Shown: positions 16,621 through 30,678 of the stretch, in pieces | How the letters are laid out: each line of letters opens with the position of its first letter | How positions within the stretch are numbered: position 1 is the first letter of the stretch | Source of the DNA: the human T2T-CHM13v2.0 reference genome, Homo sapiens | NCBI RefSeq assembly: GCF_009914755.1 | Contig: NC_060930.1 | Length of the DNA: 64,000 bases | Reading direction: 5' to 3' (one strand) | Notes under the pieces: model-generated | What the model saw: the letters and a program-made list of their open reading frames with translations, nothing else | Databases searched by the model: none | What the model was told of the DNA's origin: nothing | Program-made: the position numbers and the translations under genes

Positions 16621-16997
16621 TGGTTTAACACCTTGACAAATTTAATTTTGTCTTTAACTTCAATGTGCATGATTTATTTGGTCTATGACTATAACCCTAG
16701 GGTTAAAGTATAGGTTACAAAAGGAGTAGTAAATTACTGACTCAGAATCATTTTCCACAAGTGAAATCAACAGAAATATTTTTATATTGCCAATACTCAA
16801 GCATTGTTGACCTACAAAAACAGTTAATTCATGTACCTCAGTTTTTTCATCCTTGATCTTATTTCTTAGATTTAAAAGCTCATTGGAGTATGACTTGTTA
16901 CACTAAATAACCATGACTATCTCCTTACCTCTAGCATCCAATCTAATTACTTCTGTATCAGTACTCAAAATTCCTATTTTTATAAGAGGTTTATTTG

Positions 16998-17365
16998 TGT
17001 ATTAGTCTGTTTTATGCTGCTAATAAAGACATACTTGAGACTGGGTAATTTATAAAGGGAAAAGGTTTAATTGACTCACAGTTCAGCAGGGTTGGGTAAG
17101 TCTCAGTAAACTTACAGTTATGGCAGAAGGGGAAGCAAACACGTTCTTCTTTACATGGTGGCAGCAAGGAGAAGTGTACAGTGAAGAAGGGGAAAAATCC
17201 ATTATAAACCTATGAGATCTCATGAGAACTAACCGGAGAACAGCATGAAGGTAACCACCCCTATGATTCAATTACCTCCCACTGGGTCCCTCCCAGGACA
17301 AATGAGGATTATGGGCACTACAGTTCAAGATGAGATTTGCATGGGGATACAGCCAAACCATACCA
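16998..17365 (-). mobile_element. THE1C-type solo LTR
   Basis: TGTATTAGTC...CCAAACCATACCA, with a perfect 5-bp TSD ATTTG (16993-16997 / 17366-17370). Confidence 0.93.
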
Positions 17366-18769
17366 ATTTGTGGGAATATATTGGCTTTGTCAGAGCTTCT
17401 TTAAATTAAAAATATATATATATACACACAAATATATATATATATGTAATACCTAGCCTGTCTGGTTCTCTCTGTAGTTCTTCTGAAGTCCAGTTTCATA
17501 GCTAGCAGCAAAGCCCCTCTTAACAGGCTGAGAACATTGGGAATATTAAAACATACACCGTTGACACCCTTTGATTTAATGGGGAGAAGAGTTAATCTCG
17601 ACTCCTTTACTGAGTGTCCCAGAAGCTGATAATAGGGAGAGAGAATGGGAAACTTAAAAGGAAAATTGTAACTGAAGAAGTGAGGCTGTCTGGATCAGAA
17701 AGATCAGGCTAAACAGCAAAATTAAAGGATATTTCTGATACAATGTGAGCCTATGCCCAATTGTTCTTTGATCTGACTCCCATCAAATAGGTGGTATGAA
17801 CTAAAGAATTATTTCATTCTTGGCCCAAGAATTTCTCTGAAAAAGCCGAGGAAGAGACAACAAGGAGTGTCCATGATGAAGTTGAGAATGAAAAAGAACA
17901 TAGAGGTCAATAGAGCAGATAAGCCCAGGTACTGCACAGCCATTGACAATGAGCATTGCAGGATGCTGGCTGGCAAACAAAATGAACATGAGAGCAGAAA
18001 AAAATATTAAGTTACAGGTAACAGGTCTCATTATGAGTAATAATTCCCCATTCCCAGGGATTGCTAGAGAAACTCTTTAGGGAAGATAATTATAAAAACA
18101 GCCTACGTTTCCAAAGGACGCTAGAAACACCTTGAAGTCTCATCAAGTCAGGACATACAGAACTTTTCTGAGATACTGTTGTAAATATGGCAATTGATTG
18201 TACTCTCTGGTGCTTTAAACCAGAGAATAGACAGCACGTTAACAAAAGTTGCATTCTTATTCAGCTTTCCCTACTCACAGATTTACATTCTCTCCTGAAG
18301 TTTAATTCATAGTGTCTATACTTTGGGGTCAAGCCATTCTGGTCAAATTTAGGACCCATCAGAGTCCTCTTTGATTATAATTCATATAAAAGACCTCTGT
18401 AAATTTCAGTAGTGTGTGTCTTGTCATATAAGTTCAGGTTTCCCTCAGGTTTATCTTTTATATGGAGACACTGTGATATATAGTTTAGATTTTAAGATAA
18501 TTTTTCTATTATTTTCCAATGCCTGTGTTGAAAAATTCTCCTTAGATCAGCTGGCCATATCTGTTTCTCATAGGTTTTAAGTGACTTGTCTTAATGACTT
18601 CTTATTCTGTGATAAAACAGCCCAGTGGAGCCGCTCAGTGGAGGACGGTCCTAGGAATAGAATTCCACTGAAATTATTCTTTGGTCTAATCTAATAGCTT
18701 GGCTTGTTTCCTGTGAGAGATACACGCACTTACTTATATAGACCTTTTGTCCTCTGATCTTTGAAAAAT

Positions 18770-18838
18770 CACCTGATTGAGCCCCTGTCATTTTCCCGCA
18801 CCCTGCTAGAGGTGAAGGATAGAGTGGTAAATAGAATT
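18770..18838 (-). mobile_element. L2 3' fragment
   Basis: ATTGAGCCCCTG...CACCCTGCTAGAGGTGAAGGATAGAGTGGTAAATA. Confidence 0.45.
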
Positions 18839-19819
18839 TGAAAATGATATATATTAAAATGAAATTATTTAACTCCCAGTAGTAATTAGTAATTAACCTT
18901 TGCCTATAACTATGGAAATTAAAAATATAACCATTTTGTAATGCTCATTTGTTCACTGCTCATGTTGCCACATTCTAGTTTCCAATGACATGTGTCCAGA
19001 TGATTATGTGGGCTTCTTGATTTCTAGCTGAAATATGTTAAACCAGGACTCCTCTTTCTTCTTCTCTTCCTCTTGTTCATTCAGAGTGGATAGTTTGAAA
19101 TGTACCATTTTGGAGGAAAAGCAAAATAATGTGATATGTGTTGTCTACTAACTCATTTCTTCATTCAATACACAATTAAGTGAAGACTATTCACCTGAAC
19201 TTGATAGTCATTAATTATAACTGTGACATGTTAATTAATAGGGCCATCTTAAACACCTCTTTTTCTTCAAAATCAATTATATTGATATGACTCTCTTCAC
19301 ATCTTTCTCATTTATGTGTCTTTCTAGTGAGACTGCCTAGAATGCCTTGTTCCTGCCACGATTTACTTTCCTTAAGGATACAGAACTTTTGCTCTTAAAT
19401 GGACATGTCAATAGAGTGGTAAGAAGGGGAATAGACATCAAGAAGTTACTAAACTGGAAAGAGAGACCATCTGATAGTGTTAGCAGTAGTGAAGATGGGC
19501 AAAGTGCTGAAACATGTTTAGAACATAGCTTTGCAAAGGCTATCGTTTTGAAAAGATATATAGGATGAAGAAAAGTGAATCTAAAATGGCTTGTTTAATG
19601 TGTAAGTGCTTTGCAAATTGTGTGTGTGTGTGAAAAAGTGTTCTAAACATTTTTTGCACGGTCTCCTGTGAAGTGCCATTGGATTAGTTGCAAATATGTG
19701 TGATTATTAACCTGTTTGCGGCCATAAAGAAACATAACACAAGTATTGGATGGAGAAATAAAATAGTTGAGAACAAAATAACTAAAGCCACCTATTCACT
19801 TATTTCTTGAAATTTGAAC

Positions 19820-20050
19820 TAATGATGGTTATTGTTTATTTTGCAGAGCCAGATACTCTGAAATGCTTTACATGCATTATATAGATTAGCATTAATGCTA
19901 ACCCTATAAATTAGGCACTATTATTTTTCCCTTGTTACAGATGATAAAACTAAAGCCTGGGTAGTTTAGCAATTTGTCCATATAATTTCACAGTGAGAAT
20001 TAGAATAAACCTGAATATTATGGACTATAGACTGGACTAGTAATATAGAA
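19820..20050 (-). mobile_element. MIR SINE
   Basis: TGCTTTACATGCATTAT...AACCCTAT...ACTATTATT...TTACAGATGATAAAACTAAAG. Confidence 0.75.
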
Positions 20051-20756
20051 ACTCAATGTTTCTATTATTAAATAGGCTGAAATGTTCCTTAAGGGCAGAG
20101 ACTTTATCCTTTTGTCTTGGAGTACATTAACAATTCACCATGAATTTTATTTTTTATATTGACTTCAAAATTTTTTATTTCTGGGGTTATTTTTTACTTT
20201 GATATTTGCGGCAATCTAATTTTATATGTAGAAATTATACTACTTAACTTTATCTGTGTTAACAGATTATTTTTTATTCCCTGTGTGGGAATTGCAAACG
20301 AGTTGATATTCTACACCAATAAAATAATTTTAATGAAGGCTGATAATTCTTCTTAAAAATCGCCTAATGTAAAGCTTAGATTTTTGATAACTTCATATCA
20401 ATCTCATTAGAAGAATTGGAGTATAACGACCTCAAATCATTTCCTTCCAAAGTCATTTTTCAGTTACATCATGATTTTTATGTTTGACCATCCTATATTA
20501 TTTCCAGAAAGGGGCAATTTGGGGACGAATCTGAAATAGCATGCAAGTCTCGTCATAAACTTTTTAGTGACAAAAATGTAATATTTTAAAAATAAGCATA
20601 ACTAGTCAACAATTTTCAAATATTTGTTTATTGTATATTTGACTTTTGAAAACTTAAAATGAAAATAACTATAGATCTCTGCAATGTGTTCAAGAATTAT
20701 ATATTTTAATATCATTTTAAAGAACTTCTTCTGGTTTTAAATAAGTCTTCTAGTAT

Positions 20757-20943
20757 AGTGCTTTTCAAGCTTTGGCCTACATCAGCATCATCTGGAAGCC
20801 TTCTTAAAATGCTGACTCCTGGATCCTACTCTGAGACACTCTCTGATTCAGGGTGTCTGAGGTGGTGTCCATGACTTTTCCTTTGTAACAGTGTCCTAGG
20901 TGATACTGCTTCTTTTTTGTGGATCACACTTTAAGGAGCTTTG
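20757..20943. mobile_element. MER5A (hAT-Charlie)
   Basis: AGTGCTTTTCAAGCTT...CATCAGCATCATCTGGAAG...TCTGATTCAG...CTAGGTGATACTG...CACACTTTAAG. Confidence 0.75.
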
Positions 20944-21884
20944 CTATAGTCCACATTTAAGACTATTGAGATACCAATGTGAAATGGAGCTAAAGCAAGA
21001 AATTAATCAAAACATAAAAAAGAGCTAGATCTCTTTCCAGCCTCAATACTTCTTGTTTTGTTTATTTGTTCAATCTCCAAGCTAAAAGCCTCCCTTGAAA
21101 ACAGAAAAACAAAACCAAAAGCAAAACATTTCGCTTGTATAGTTTGAATAGCAAAAGACAAGCTCCATAAGTGTCTTTGCTGGAAAGTACATCCAATCAG
21201 CCTGCAGACAGAAGCTCATCTGACCTATGTGATTTACCTTTTAAATCTTATTCCATTTTGGCCATCCTTTTCTCATTATATCCAAAACACACTAATAGTG
21301 TATACTAAAATTAGAAGCTATAATAGAAAAATTGCAAAGACAGGCCATGAGAACTAGCAATATTAAAATTGTAATTTTAATTCCAGTGGGAGCCATATAT
21401 GAAAAGACTTATTTTAATTTAATCCCCAGTTAGGGGTCCAGTTTTAAGAGTAAAAAAGAAACACTGAAATCGGCTCTCTATAATGTAGATTTTTAATGTA
21501 GTTAGATCATAAGGTAATAACATTTTGCAAGTTTCTCAAAACTTAGGCTCCCACACAGGTTTAATTGCTATAAGCCATTAGTTGAGAACATTTTTATCTG
21601 AGAAATATATATTAAACAAAAATATGAATGGAAACAACTGTTTCAAATATCTTGAACTGTGAAATTTTCATGTAAAATATTTTTTATGAAAAGAAAGAGA
21701 AGATTAGGCTCTAATATAAGTTTTGAATTTCTCAAATTTCTCATTTGTTTTTTAGTATATCGGTGGGAACACAATATCCTGAAGATAAAAAGGAAAACGA
21801 TTTTATCAAAATTCCCTTTTTGCAATTTTTTTAAAGGAGACCAAGTCAACCCAGATAGCATGATGAAAACTGAAACTAAAGTAG

Positions 21885-22275
21885 ATAGGTCTGCTGTTTT
21901 TCTCTATTTGCCACCATTCTAGCTTCATTCTCCACCCTTTTCTATGTTGCTCTCAGCCCAAGAACCCTGAGCACCAAAGGCTCCCTTGACAGCTAGCTTT
22001 GATTGGGTTTGGATAATGAAAGCATGGGCAATTTAAAGGAGGGGAGAGAAACTAAGATATTTCTTCCCTGCTCCCTGCATGTTATCATATTTATCACTGA
22101 CAATCATTGCATACCTCTGTGACAATAACTTCACTAGTACTTATCCAAGATTCTAGCTTTAATGAACATGAGTATCTATTTCCCCCTTTTCCCTCCATGC
22201 CCCTCAAGATGGTGACTGTTTCTTTGTAGTTGTTCTCTGGATATTTCAACATCTATTGCTTCATCTTTTAACCCA
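21885..22275. mobile_element. LTR16-like (ERVL) LTR remnant
   Basis: GGCTCCCTTG...TTGGGTTTGGATAATGAAAGCATGGG...GGAGGGGAGAGA...TATTTCTTCCCTGCTCCCT. Confidence 0.5.
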
Positions 22276-22278
22276 AAG

Positions 22279-22441
22279 CCATTCTGTGTATTGCAGGACA
22301 TTTAGCAACCCTCCTCGCCCTTATCAGAAACAAGTAGCACCCCTCCCCAGTTAAAATAACAAAAAAATGTCTGCAGATTTTACCAAATGTGCCTTGGGGT
22401 AAAAATTCTACCTTCTCCCCTAAACCAGCTGAGAACCATTG
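22279..22441. mobile_element. MER20 fragment
   Basis: TGTATTGCAGGACATTTAGCA...GTAGCACCCCTCCCCAGTT...AAATGTCTGCAGA...CCAAATGT...TGAGAACCATTG. Confidence 0.75.
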
Positions 22442-23689
22442 CCATTAACCATCTCACGGTCAATAAGTATATTTAAATAATTGGAGTAGAATTTTGACTC
22501 ATATAACAGAAAGTTATTCTTTTTTAAGATAGGAAAAATGTCAATAATGTTAGAAAAGTAAATCATGGTTAATTAAATCAGTATGGTAAGATTACAATAG
22601 ACCATGAACAATCTTTAATCTTTACAAATGTATAGAAATAGTTTTTAATGATATAACTATGTAATTTTCTTAATAAAACAATATTTTTTTAAATTAAAAC
22701 ATTATCTAAATAATAAATAACATTCCCAAAATGAATATATTACAAAACGATCAGAATTGTATTATATGAAATAATGTAAATTATTCTAAAGAATTTTAAG
22801 AATAGGCAACTAGCCCAAAGCATATAAGACAGCCATTATTAACATTATTTTTTTACTGTGGAAAATAAATTGTGTTAAAACTTTTGGAAAACATTTTTAA
22901 AAATATCATAAAGTGGTCACTATTAATACTGTTCACCAAGCAATTTCGGGTCTCAACTTATTGAGCATAAGGCATGATTGCACTTATCTGCCCCAATGAA
23001 CTTAAGCCTCCACATGTAGCTTTCTTTACCCAATCAAATATGCGCAATATCATTTTTTTCTTTTACTTTTTAGAATTATATTCTGTAATTGGCTCTCGTA
23101 CTTAAACACAATGATAGTAGTTATTGGTCAATCACACATATAATGACAAATAACATCAGTTAGTCATAATTACTTAGTTCAGTTCAAATATATTTCATTT
23201 TTTATGCCCATCCTGAAATTTCAAGTTAGTGAAAACAAAGTTAGCTTCTTGTTAATTCGTCCTTCATGATGAAGGTAGGGATAAAGCACTGCATATAATT
23301 ATAAACATCTTAGATTAGATTTAATATCATATTAATTCACAGGGAAATATATTTAATCGCTTAAATAAATTAAAAGCTAATATTTGTATCATATAATTCT
23401 TAGTGCTTTAAGAAGAGTAAACTACTTTGCAATTAATTCTCTCTAAAATTATAAAATAATCCTTCAATTATTAGCTCATCTACTCTTAACCCCTGAGAAT
23501 TGTGGAAACTGGAAGTCTGCTAATTGTAACATATCTGAATTTCAACTCCATATCATTTAAATCCCCATCCAGTGATTTCCTAATATTATTTCCTTTCTAA
23601 TGCCATTAATTTGTAGATCATAAAATATGGTAGAATATGTAGAGTATCACGTACTGTTGTTCTCTAGCTGGTAGAAGTAATAAAAGAAA

Positions 23690-23850
23690 AAAACTAATAT
23701 TTAAAAGTATCTGCAATATGCCAGGAAACATGAATGGGTTATTCCATGTGCAAAATCATTTAATCCTCGCATCTATACTATAGGTGTTTGTACTATACTA
23801 TTGCTGTTTATGTGGTATTTAAAATTACAGATGGAGCAAACTCAGCTATA
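23690..23850 (-). mobile_element. MIR fragment
   Basis: TATGCCAGG...TCATTTAATCCTC...TTACAGATGGAGCAAACTCAG. Confidence 0.65.
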
Positions 23851-24629
23851 TTGCTGTAGTTCCCAAATCACTACTCAGATGTACAAACAGCAGCTGCTCT
23901 TGAAACAGCTTTTCCTTCATAGAAGGACTAGTGTAGTAGTAAAAACCATAGTCTCTTACAGTAGCTTTGAGTGTCGAAACGTAGGGAGAAGTCAGCAAGC
24001 AGAAAAGAGAGAAGGTTAGGTTTTCTTTTGGCCGTAGATTTTTCCAGCTCAAGGACACGCACGTGGAATACGTAGGGAAATCATTTTGGTTCTAGTTTAG
24101 TGAGTCTTTGTTTCATTGGCATGAAGTTGGACAGGAGAATGATAGCATGTCTCAAAAGGATATTTACAGGGAAATGTGAACTCTATGGAGGCAGGATTTT
24201 TAGCTATGGAATTTGCTTAAATAAATTTCAAGTTATCCTGTTCAAAGCATCATCCTCAAAATATTGGTTATAGCTTAGTGAAGTGAGTGTTGTTGGAAAA
24301 ATCAATAAATAAATGACAATCAGATGCACATTTGGAAAACAGAATGAGAATGTGAGAATGAAAATTAGAGGAAAAGATACTGGAAGAAGTGACAAAACAC
24401 ATGCAGTTATTATATTATAATTGTGAAATTTACCTCAGTCGTAGCCCATTATTTTTGTCTAATAAAAATTATAGTGTTCCCATAAAGATATAATTGTGTA
24501 AGTACTTGATGTGCAATGATTGAGGGAAACTTGTGCAGCTCTATTTGGGATACTATTATATTGTAATACTATTGTCATACAAAATACACATTGTCATAAG
24601 AGTAATGCCAATCTCCATGCTAGAAGCAG

Positions 24630-24888
24630 TCCAGTTACAGTCACTGTTGTGGCTATAGTCAAGAACTTAGCACATACGAGTTTCAAAAACCAGCTTTCTG
24701 GAATACGATTTATAAAACATTACTTTCTGCATTCCCATATTTGTGTGTGTGTATGCATGTGTGTGTATCCAGTTATAGTCACTGTTGTGGCTATAGTCAA
24801 GAATTTAGCACATATGAGTTTCAAAAACCAGCTGTCCAGAATATGATTTGTAAAATCTTACTTTCTGCATTTGCATATTTGTGTGTGT

Positions 24889-24927
<39 letters not shown>
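24630..24927. repeat. Two-copy tandem duplication, 138-bp period, each copy ending in a (TG)n tract
   Basis: Copies start TCCAGTTA at 24630 and 24768. I count 12 substitutions over the ~112-bp non-microsatellite part. Confidence 0.95.
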
Positions 24928-24928
<1 letters not shown>

Positions 24929-25812
24929 TTAGATGAGATGTTAAAAACTCTTTAAACTTCAAAGCAGATATTTGGTTTATTACTTTTATCGTTTCTGAGC
25001 CATAATATCATATTGGTTGAAAATTAGGATTGGAGAATTATGCTTATTTTGGAAATTAATTATTCTGTGTCAGCTTTCACTACTGTTTCTCCTCCCCTCC
25101 ATTGACTTCAGTCACAAACAAGTCTTTTAAAATACTCTGCCACATTATAGCAGAATAGCCTGGTGAGTGAGGAGCTAGGAGCAGTAACAGAAACCATTAA
25201 ACCTTACACAAATGATGCCAGTAAGGTTTGCCACAGCAGCAGTGCTGCATTCAATTATAAATAATAACACAACTACAAGTGCATGCCCTGGGCTTTCAGC
25301 TGATTAAATATCATAACTATGCAGGCTCCAGTACAGAGGCATGAAAGAAAGATTTTCAGATTTTACCTAGAAACTGAAACTCTATCACTTAAGTGTTAAT
25401 TGGTGTTACATTGTGCAACAACGCTGTGAACTGAAAAGGCAAGGCAAGGACTCCCTGCTGTAATGTTAAAATGGTATGCATCCATTATCAGCTTGCTAAA
25501 TTATCAGTAGTTTGTACACCATCTCATCTAGTTGAAATAATGCAGGGGAACAGTAGGGGGTGAATGGGACAAATCTGCAAACTGACAAATAGATTCAGTT
25601 CATGAAGATCTGAATTGCATCTTACTATCACATATCCTACATTTTCTGGCTATAAATGATTAATAAGAGAAGCAACTTAAATGAGACTTGGTCACCAATG
25701 TTAGAGGTAATGTCATATAGATGTGAGCTTTTGTAATTAAAAGGCATATGTAATATTTTGTACTATGCACATAATATACACAAATAAAAGTAAATATTCA
25801 ATGTTGTCAATA

Positions 25813-26084
25813 CTTTTTTTTCAAGACAGAGTCTTGCTCTGTAACCTAGGCTGGTGTGCAGCTCACTGCAACCTCTGCCTCCCGGATTCAAGCAATTCTC
25901 CTGCCTCAGCCTCCCTAGTAGCTGGGATTACAGGCGCCCGCCACCACACCCAGCTAATTTTTGTAGTTTTAGTAGAGATGGGGTTTCTCCATATTGGCCA
26001 GGCTGGCCTCAAACTCCTGACCTCGTAATCTGCCTTAGCCTCCCAAAGTGTTGGGATTACAGGTGTGAGCCACAGCGCCCGGCC
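25813..26084 (-). mobile_element. AluSg-like with small internal deletions
   Basis: Reverse Alu with CCTGACCTCGT. TSD TCAATGTTGTCAATA (25798-25812) / TCAGTGTTGTCAATA (26085-26099). Confidence 0.92.
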
Positions 26085-26307
26085 TCAGTGTTGTCAATAT
26101 TTATATTGAGTTGTAATGTCAGATTCCTGGGGATTGTTCTGACCAAAACAAAACAAAAAGGAGTCATAATCATTGAAATATTCATAACTCATTTTACTCT
26201 TAGCAATGGCATGAGGTAAATCATTGTCTCCAATTTACACAAGAGGAAAATGCCATTCAAGAGTTGATGTCAAGAGAGGTATAGAATAAGCCAAGATGCC
26301 CATTTCT

Positions 26308-26630
<323 letters not shown>

Positions 26631-27139
26631 AAGATGCCCATTTCTAATTCCCAATTTTGATCTCTTTGTACTGGAGAATGACATTATTTACAAATACGTC
26701 AAAATTGAATGTAGTGGTAAAATAGGTTTTTCTCTTTTTTCAAATTTTCATATTTTGTTAAATTTGTACGTATTTTATTATATGGAAGAAGCCCCATAAT
26801 CCTTCAGGGACTTATTTCATAAAAATATAGGTAACTAAAGTACTTGATTATCTGAATATTTTTTTACCAATCTACCTTTATTGATTCAGAATAAACAGTT
26901 TGTTGGTAGTCATTAATGTTTTTAGTTAGGCACATGAAAAATTATTGGCTGTGATTGGTAAACTCTAAGTTGTACATACATCTGTATGTGACCTTTCACC
27001 TGATAGATTTATTAAGAATTGTATAGCATTTTTATTGTATGTATCCTAGTGTATGGGGGAGTAATTTGTGTTAAATTATAGTGTTTTTTAAATCAAAAAT
27101 AATAAGACTGTCCTAAGATTTGATAAAACCTAGAATTGT

Positions 27140-27320
27140 ACTGGTACAATTCTGGTAGCCATCAGCAATATATGGCTACATAAATTTATTAAAAATTATG
27201 CAAAATTTATAATTCAGTTCCTTAGTCTCACTAGCTACTTACACACTGTCTAGCTGCAAGTGGCTAGTTGCTACCAAGCTAAACATTTTCGTTGTTGCAG
27301 AAACTCTATCGGACAGTGCT
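27140..27320. mobile_element. MER3 (hAT-Charlie)
   Basis: GGTAGCCATCAGCAATATATGGCTA...AATTCAGTTCCTTAGTCTCACTAGC...GCAGAAACTCTATCGGACAGTGCT. Confidence 0.75.
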
Positions 27321-28229
27321 ATTTTAGAACATAAAGAGCTCATAAGACACTGGGTTGTTTATATAATTTTTCAGATAAGATATACTAGGAATACTAAATA
27401 TATAATATTCATTTTAAATATAATATTTATGACTCACATATTGCAACTATCATACAGGAAGGTTAAAATAACTTAATATGGTAAAGAATGGAGTGACAGG
27501 AACAATACAGAAGATGTGTATGAGAAATTCCTTTTACAGATTACAAGCAGTAACAATGCAGCTGAAAAGTGAATCACTGAATTTGAAGACAGGTCCATAG
27601 ATATTATCCAAACTGAAACCCAAGGAGAAATCAAAGAGTAAAAATCATCACTAGTCATTATCATAATCATCCAGACAATATAGCAGAATATCAATCTAAT
27701 ATCTGTGATTAGAATCTTAGAAAGATAGAAGAATAAAATAGGTCAGAAGAAATATTTGAAGTAATGTCTGAGAGTATTCAGAAAGTTATAAAAGCCAATA
27801 ATCCACAGTTTCAATTAGTTCAGAGATATCTAAGTGGCAAAAAAAAAAAACAAAAACAAAAACAAAAAAACAAATGAATGCACAAACAAATAAAGAAAGA
27901 CATAGCACCAGAGGGTAGATAGCTTTGCAGAGAAGGAATTCCAGAAATCTACAGAGGGGTCCTCTCGAGTGATTAGAAGAATGCTAATTAGTGAGTACAT
28001 TGATGGAACTACCCAAGGCCAAGGAAATAACTATCTGAAAAATTTAGGAAAACAGAGTCTGACACTGACAAAGGGGAGGAAATAGTGCCTATTCCCACCA
28101 GGCAGGGTGGAATATCTCAAAATTCCTGGAGCAAGTATGGAGTACACAGAAACATCTTGATTCAGTACTAGGAAATATTTAACCCTATACTAAACACTAA
28201 CCTAACACTGATGAACCTTAAAAGACTAT

Positions 28230-30477
28230 TATATTAGTCCATTTTCATGCTACTGATACAAATATACATGAAACTGGGCAACTTACAATAGAAGGAGGTT
28301 AAATTGGACTCACAGTTCCATGTGGCTGAGGAGGCCTCGCAATCATGGTGGAAGGCAAGGAGGAGCAAGTCACATCTTACATGGATGGCAGCAGACAAAA
28401 AGAGAGAGCTTGTGCAGGGAAACTACCCCTTGTAATACAGTGTGATCTCATGAGTCTCATTCCCTATCACAAGACCAACAGGGAAAGACCTGCCCTCATA
28501 ATTCAATTACCTTCCACTGTGTTCCTCCCACAATATGTGGGAATTCAAGATGAGATTTGGATGAGAACACAGCCAAACTATATCATTCCACCCCTGGCAC
28601 CTCCCAAATCTCATGTCCTCACATTTCAAAACCAATCGCACCTTCCAAGCAGTCCCCCAATGTCTTAACTCATTTCAGCATTAACTCAAAATTCTACAGT
28701 CCAAAGTCTCATCTGAGAAAATGCAACTTCCCCTCCACCTATGAGCCTGTAAAATCAAAAGCAAGTTAGTTAATTCATAGATACAATGGGGGTAGAGGCA
28801 TTTGGTAAATATAGCTGTTCTAAATAAGAGAAATTGGCCAAAACAAAGGGGCTACAGGCCCCATGCAAGTCTGAAATCAAGCAGGGCAGTCAAATCTTAA
28901 AGCTTCAAAATGATCTCCTTTACTCCATGTCTCACATTCAGGTCATACTCATACAAGAGGTGGGTTTCCATGGTCTTGGGCAGCTCTGCCCTTGTGACTT
29001 TGCAGGTTACAGCCTCCCTCCCAGCTGCTTTCACTGGCTGACAGTGAGTGTCTGCAGCTTTTCTAGGCAAAAGGTGCAAGCTGTCAGTGGATCTACCATT
29101 CTGGAGTCTGGAGAACGGTGGCCCTCTTCTCACAGCTCCACTAGGGGGTGCCCAAGTAGGGACTCTGTGTGGGGACTCTGACCCCACATTTTCTTTCCAT
29201 ATGCCCTAGCAGAGATTCTCCATGAGAGCCCCACCTCTGCAGTAAATGTCTGCCTGAACATCCAGGCATTTCCATACATCCTCTGAAATCTAGGCGGAGG
29301 TTCCCAAACCTCAATTCTTGACTTCTGTGCACCTGAAGGCTCAACACCACTTGGAAGCTGCCAAAGCTTGGGGCTTGCACTGTCTGAAGCCACAGCCTGA
29401 GCTGCACCTTGGCCCCTTTTAGTCAAGGCTTAAGCAGCTGGGACACAGGGCACCAAGTCCTGACACTGCACATAGCATGGGGACACTGGGCCCGGCCCAC
29501 GAAACCATGTTTTCCTCCTAGGCCTCCAGGCCTGTGATGGGAGGGGCTTCCAGGAAGATTGCTGCCATATCTTGGAGACATTTACCCCATTGTCTTGGGG
29601 ATTAACATTCAGGTTCTTGTTACTTATGCAAATTTCTGCAGGGAACTTGAATTTCTTCTCAGAAAATGGGATTTTCTTTTCTCTCACAATAGTGAGGCTG
29701 CAAATTTTCTGAACTTTTATGCTCTCCTTCCCTTATAAAACTGAATGCCTTTAACAGAACCCAAGTGACCTCTTGAATGCTTTGCTGCTTAGAAATTTCT
29801 TCCACCAGATTCCCCAAATCATCTCTCTCAAGTGCAAAATTCCACAAATCTCCAGGCAGAGGCAAAATGCCACCAGTCTCTTTGCTAAAATATAGCAAGA
29901 GTCACCTTTGCTCCAATTCCCAACAAGTTCATATCACTATCATCATTTTTGTCAAAGCCATTCAATAAGTCTCTAGGAAGTTCCAAATTTTCCCACATTT
30001 TCCTTTCTTCTTCTGAGCCCTCTGAAGTGCTCCCATTTCTGCCTGTTACCCAGTTCCAAAGTTGCTTCCATATTTTCAGGTATCTTTTCAGCAACACCCC
30101 ACTCTACTGTTACCAATTTACTGTATTATTTCGTTTTCATGCTGCTAAGAAATACATACCCAAAACTGGGCAATTTGCAAAACAAAGAGGTTTAATTGGA
30201 CTCACCGTTCCAAATCACTGAGGAGGCCATGCAATCATGGTGGAAGGCAAGGAAGAGCAAGTCACATCTTACATGGATGGCAGCAGGAAAAAGAGAGCGC
30301 TTGTGCAGGGAAACTCTCCCTTATAATACCATGAGATCTCATGAGACTTATTAGCTATCATGAGTACAGCATGGGAAAGTCCTGTCCGCATGATTCAATT
30401 ACCTTCCACCGGGTTCCTCACACAACATGTGGGAATTCCTGATGAGATTTGGTTGGGGACACAGCCGAACCATATCA
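28230..30477 (-). mobile_element. Full-length THE1A/B-type MaLR element: LTR 28230-28585, internal region, LTR 30122-30477
   Basis: Paired LTRs with GGAAGGCAAGGA(G/A)GAGCAAGTCACATCTTACATGG and a THE1-int body with a ~40-bp deletion near 29930. TSD ACTAT (28225-28229) / ACCAT (30478-30482). Confidence 0.94.
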
Positions 30478-30678
30478 ACCATTCATGTTTTCATGAAGGG
30501 ATTAGAGTATCACCAAGTAACGTAACTACACCACAAAACAACACTGAACAATATTTACAGGAATATAAATATTTGCACCCAATTTGTAAAATTTACAATG
30601 CCTGTCATCCAATAAAATGTTACAAGACATGCACAAATGCTGATAAAATGAATCCATGAATAGGAAAAAAAAGTCAGT

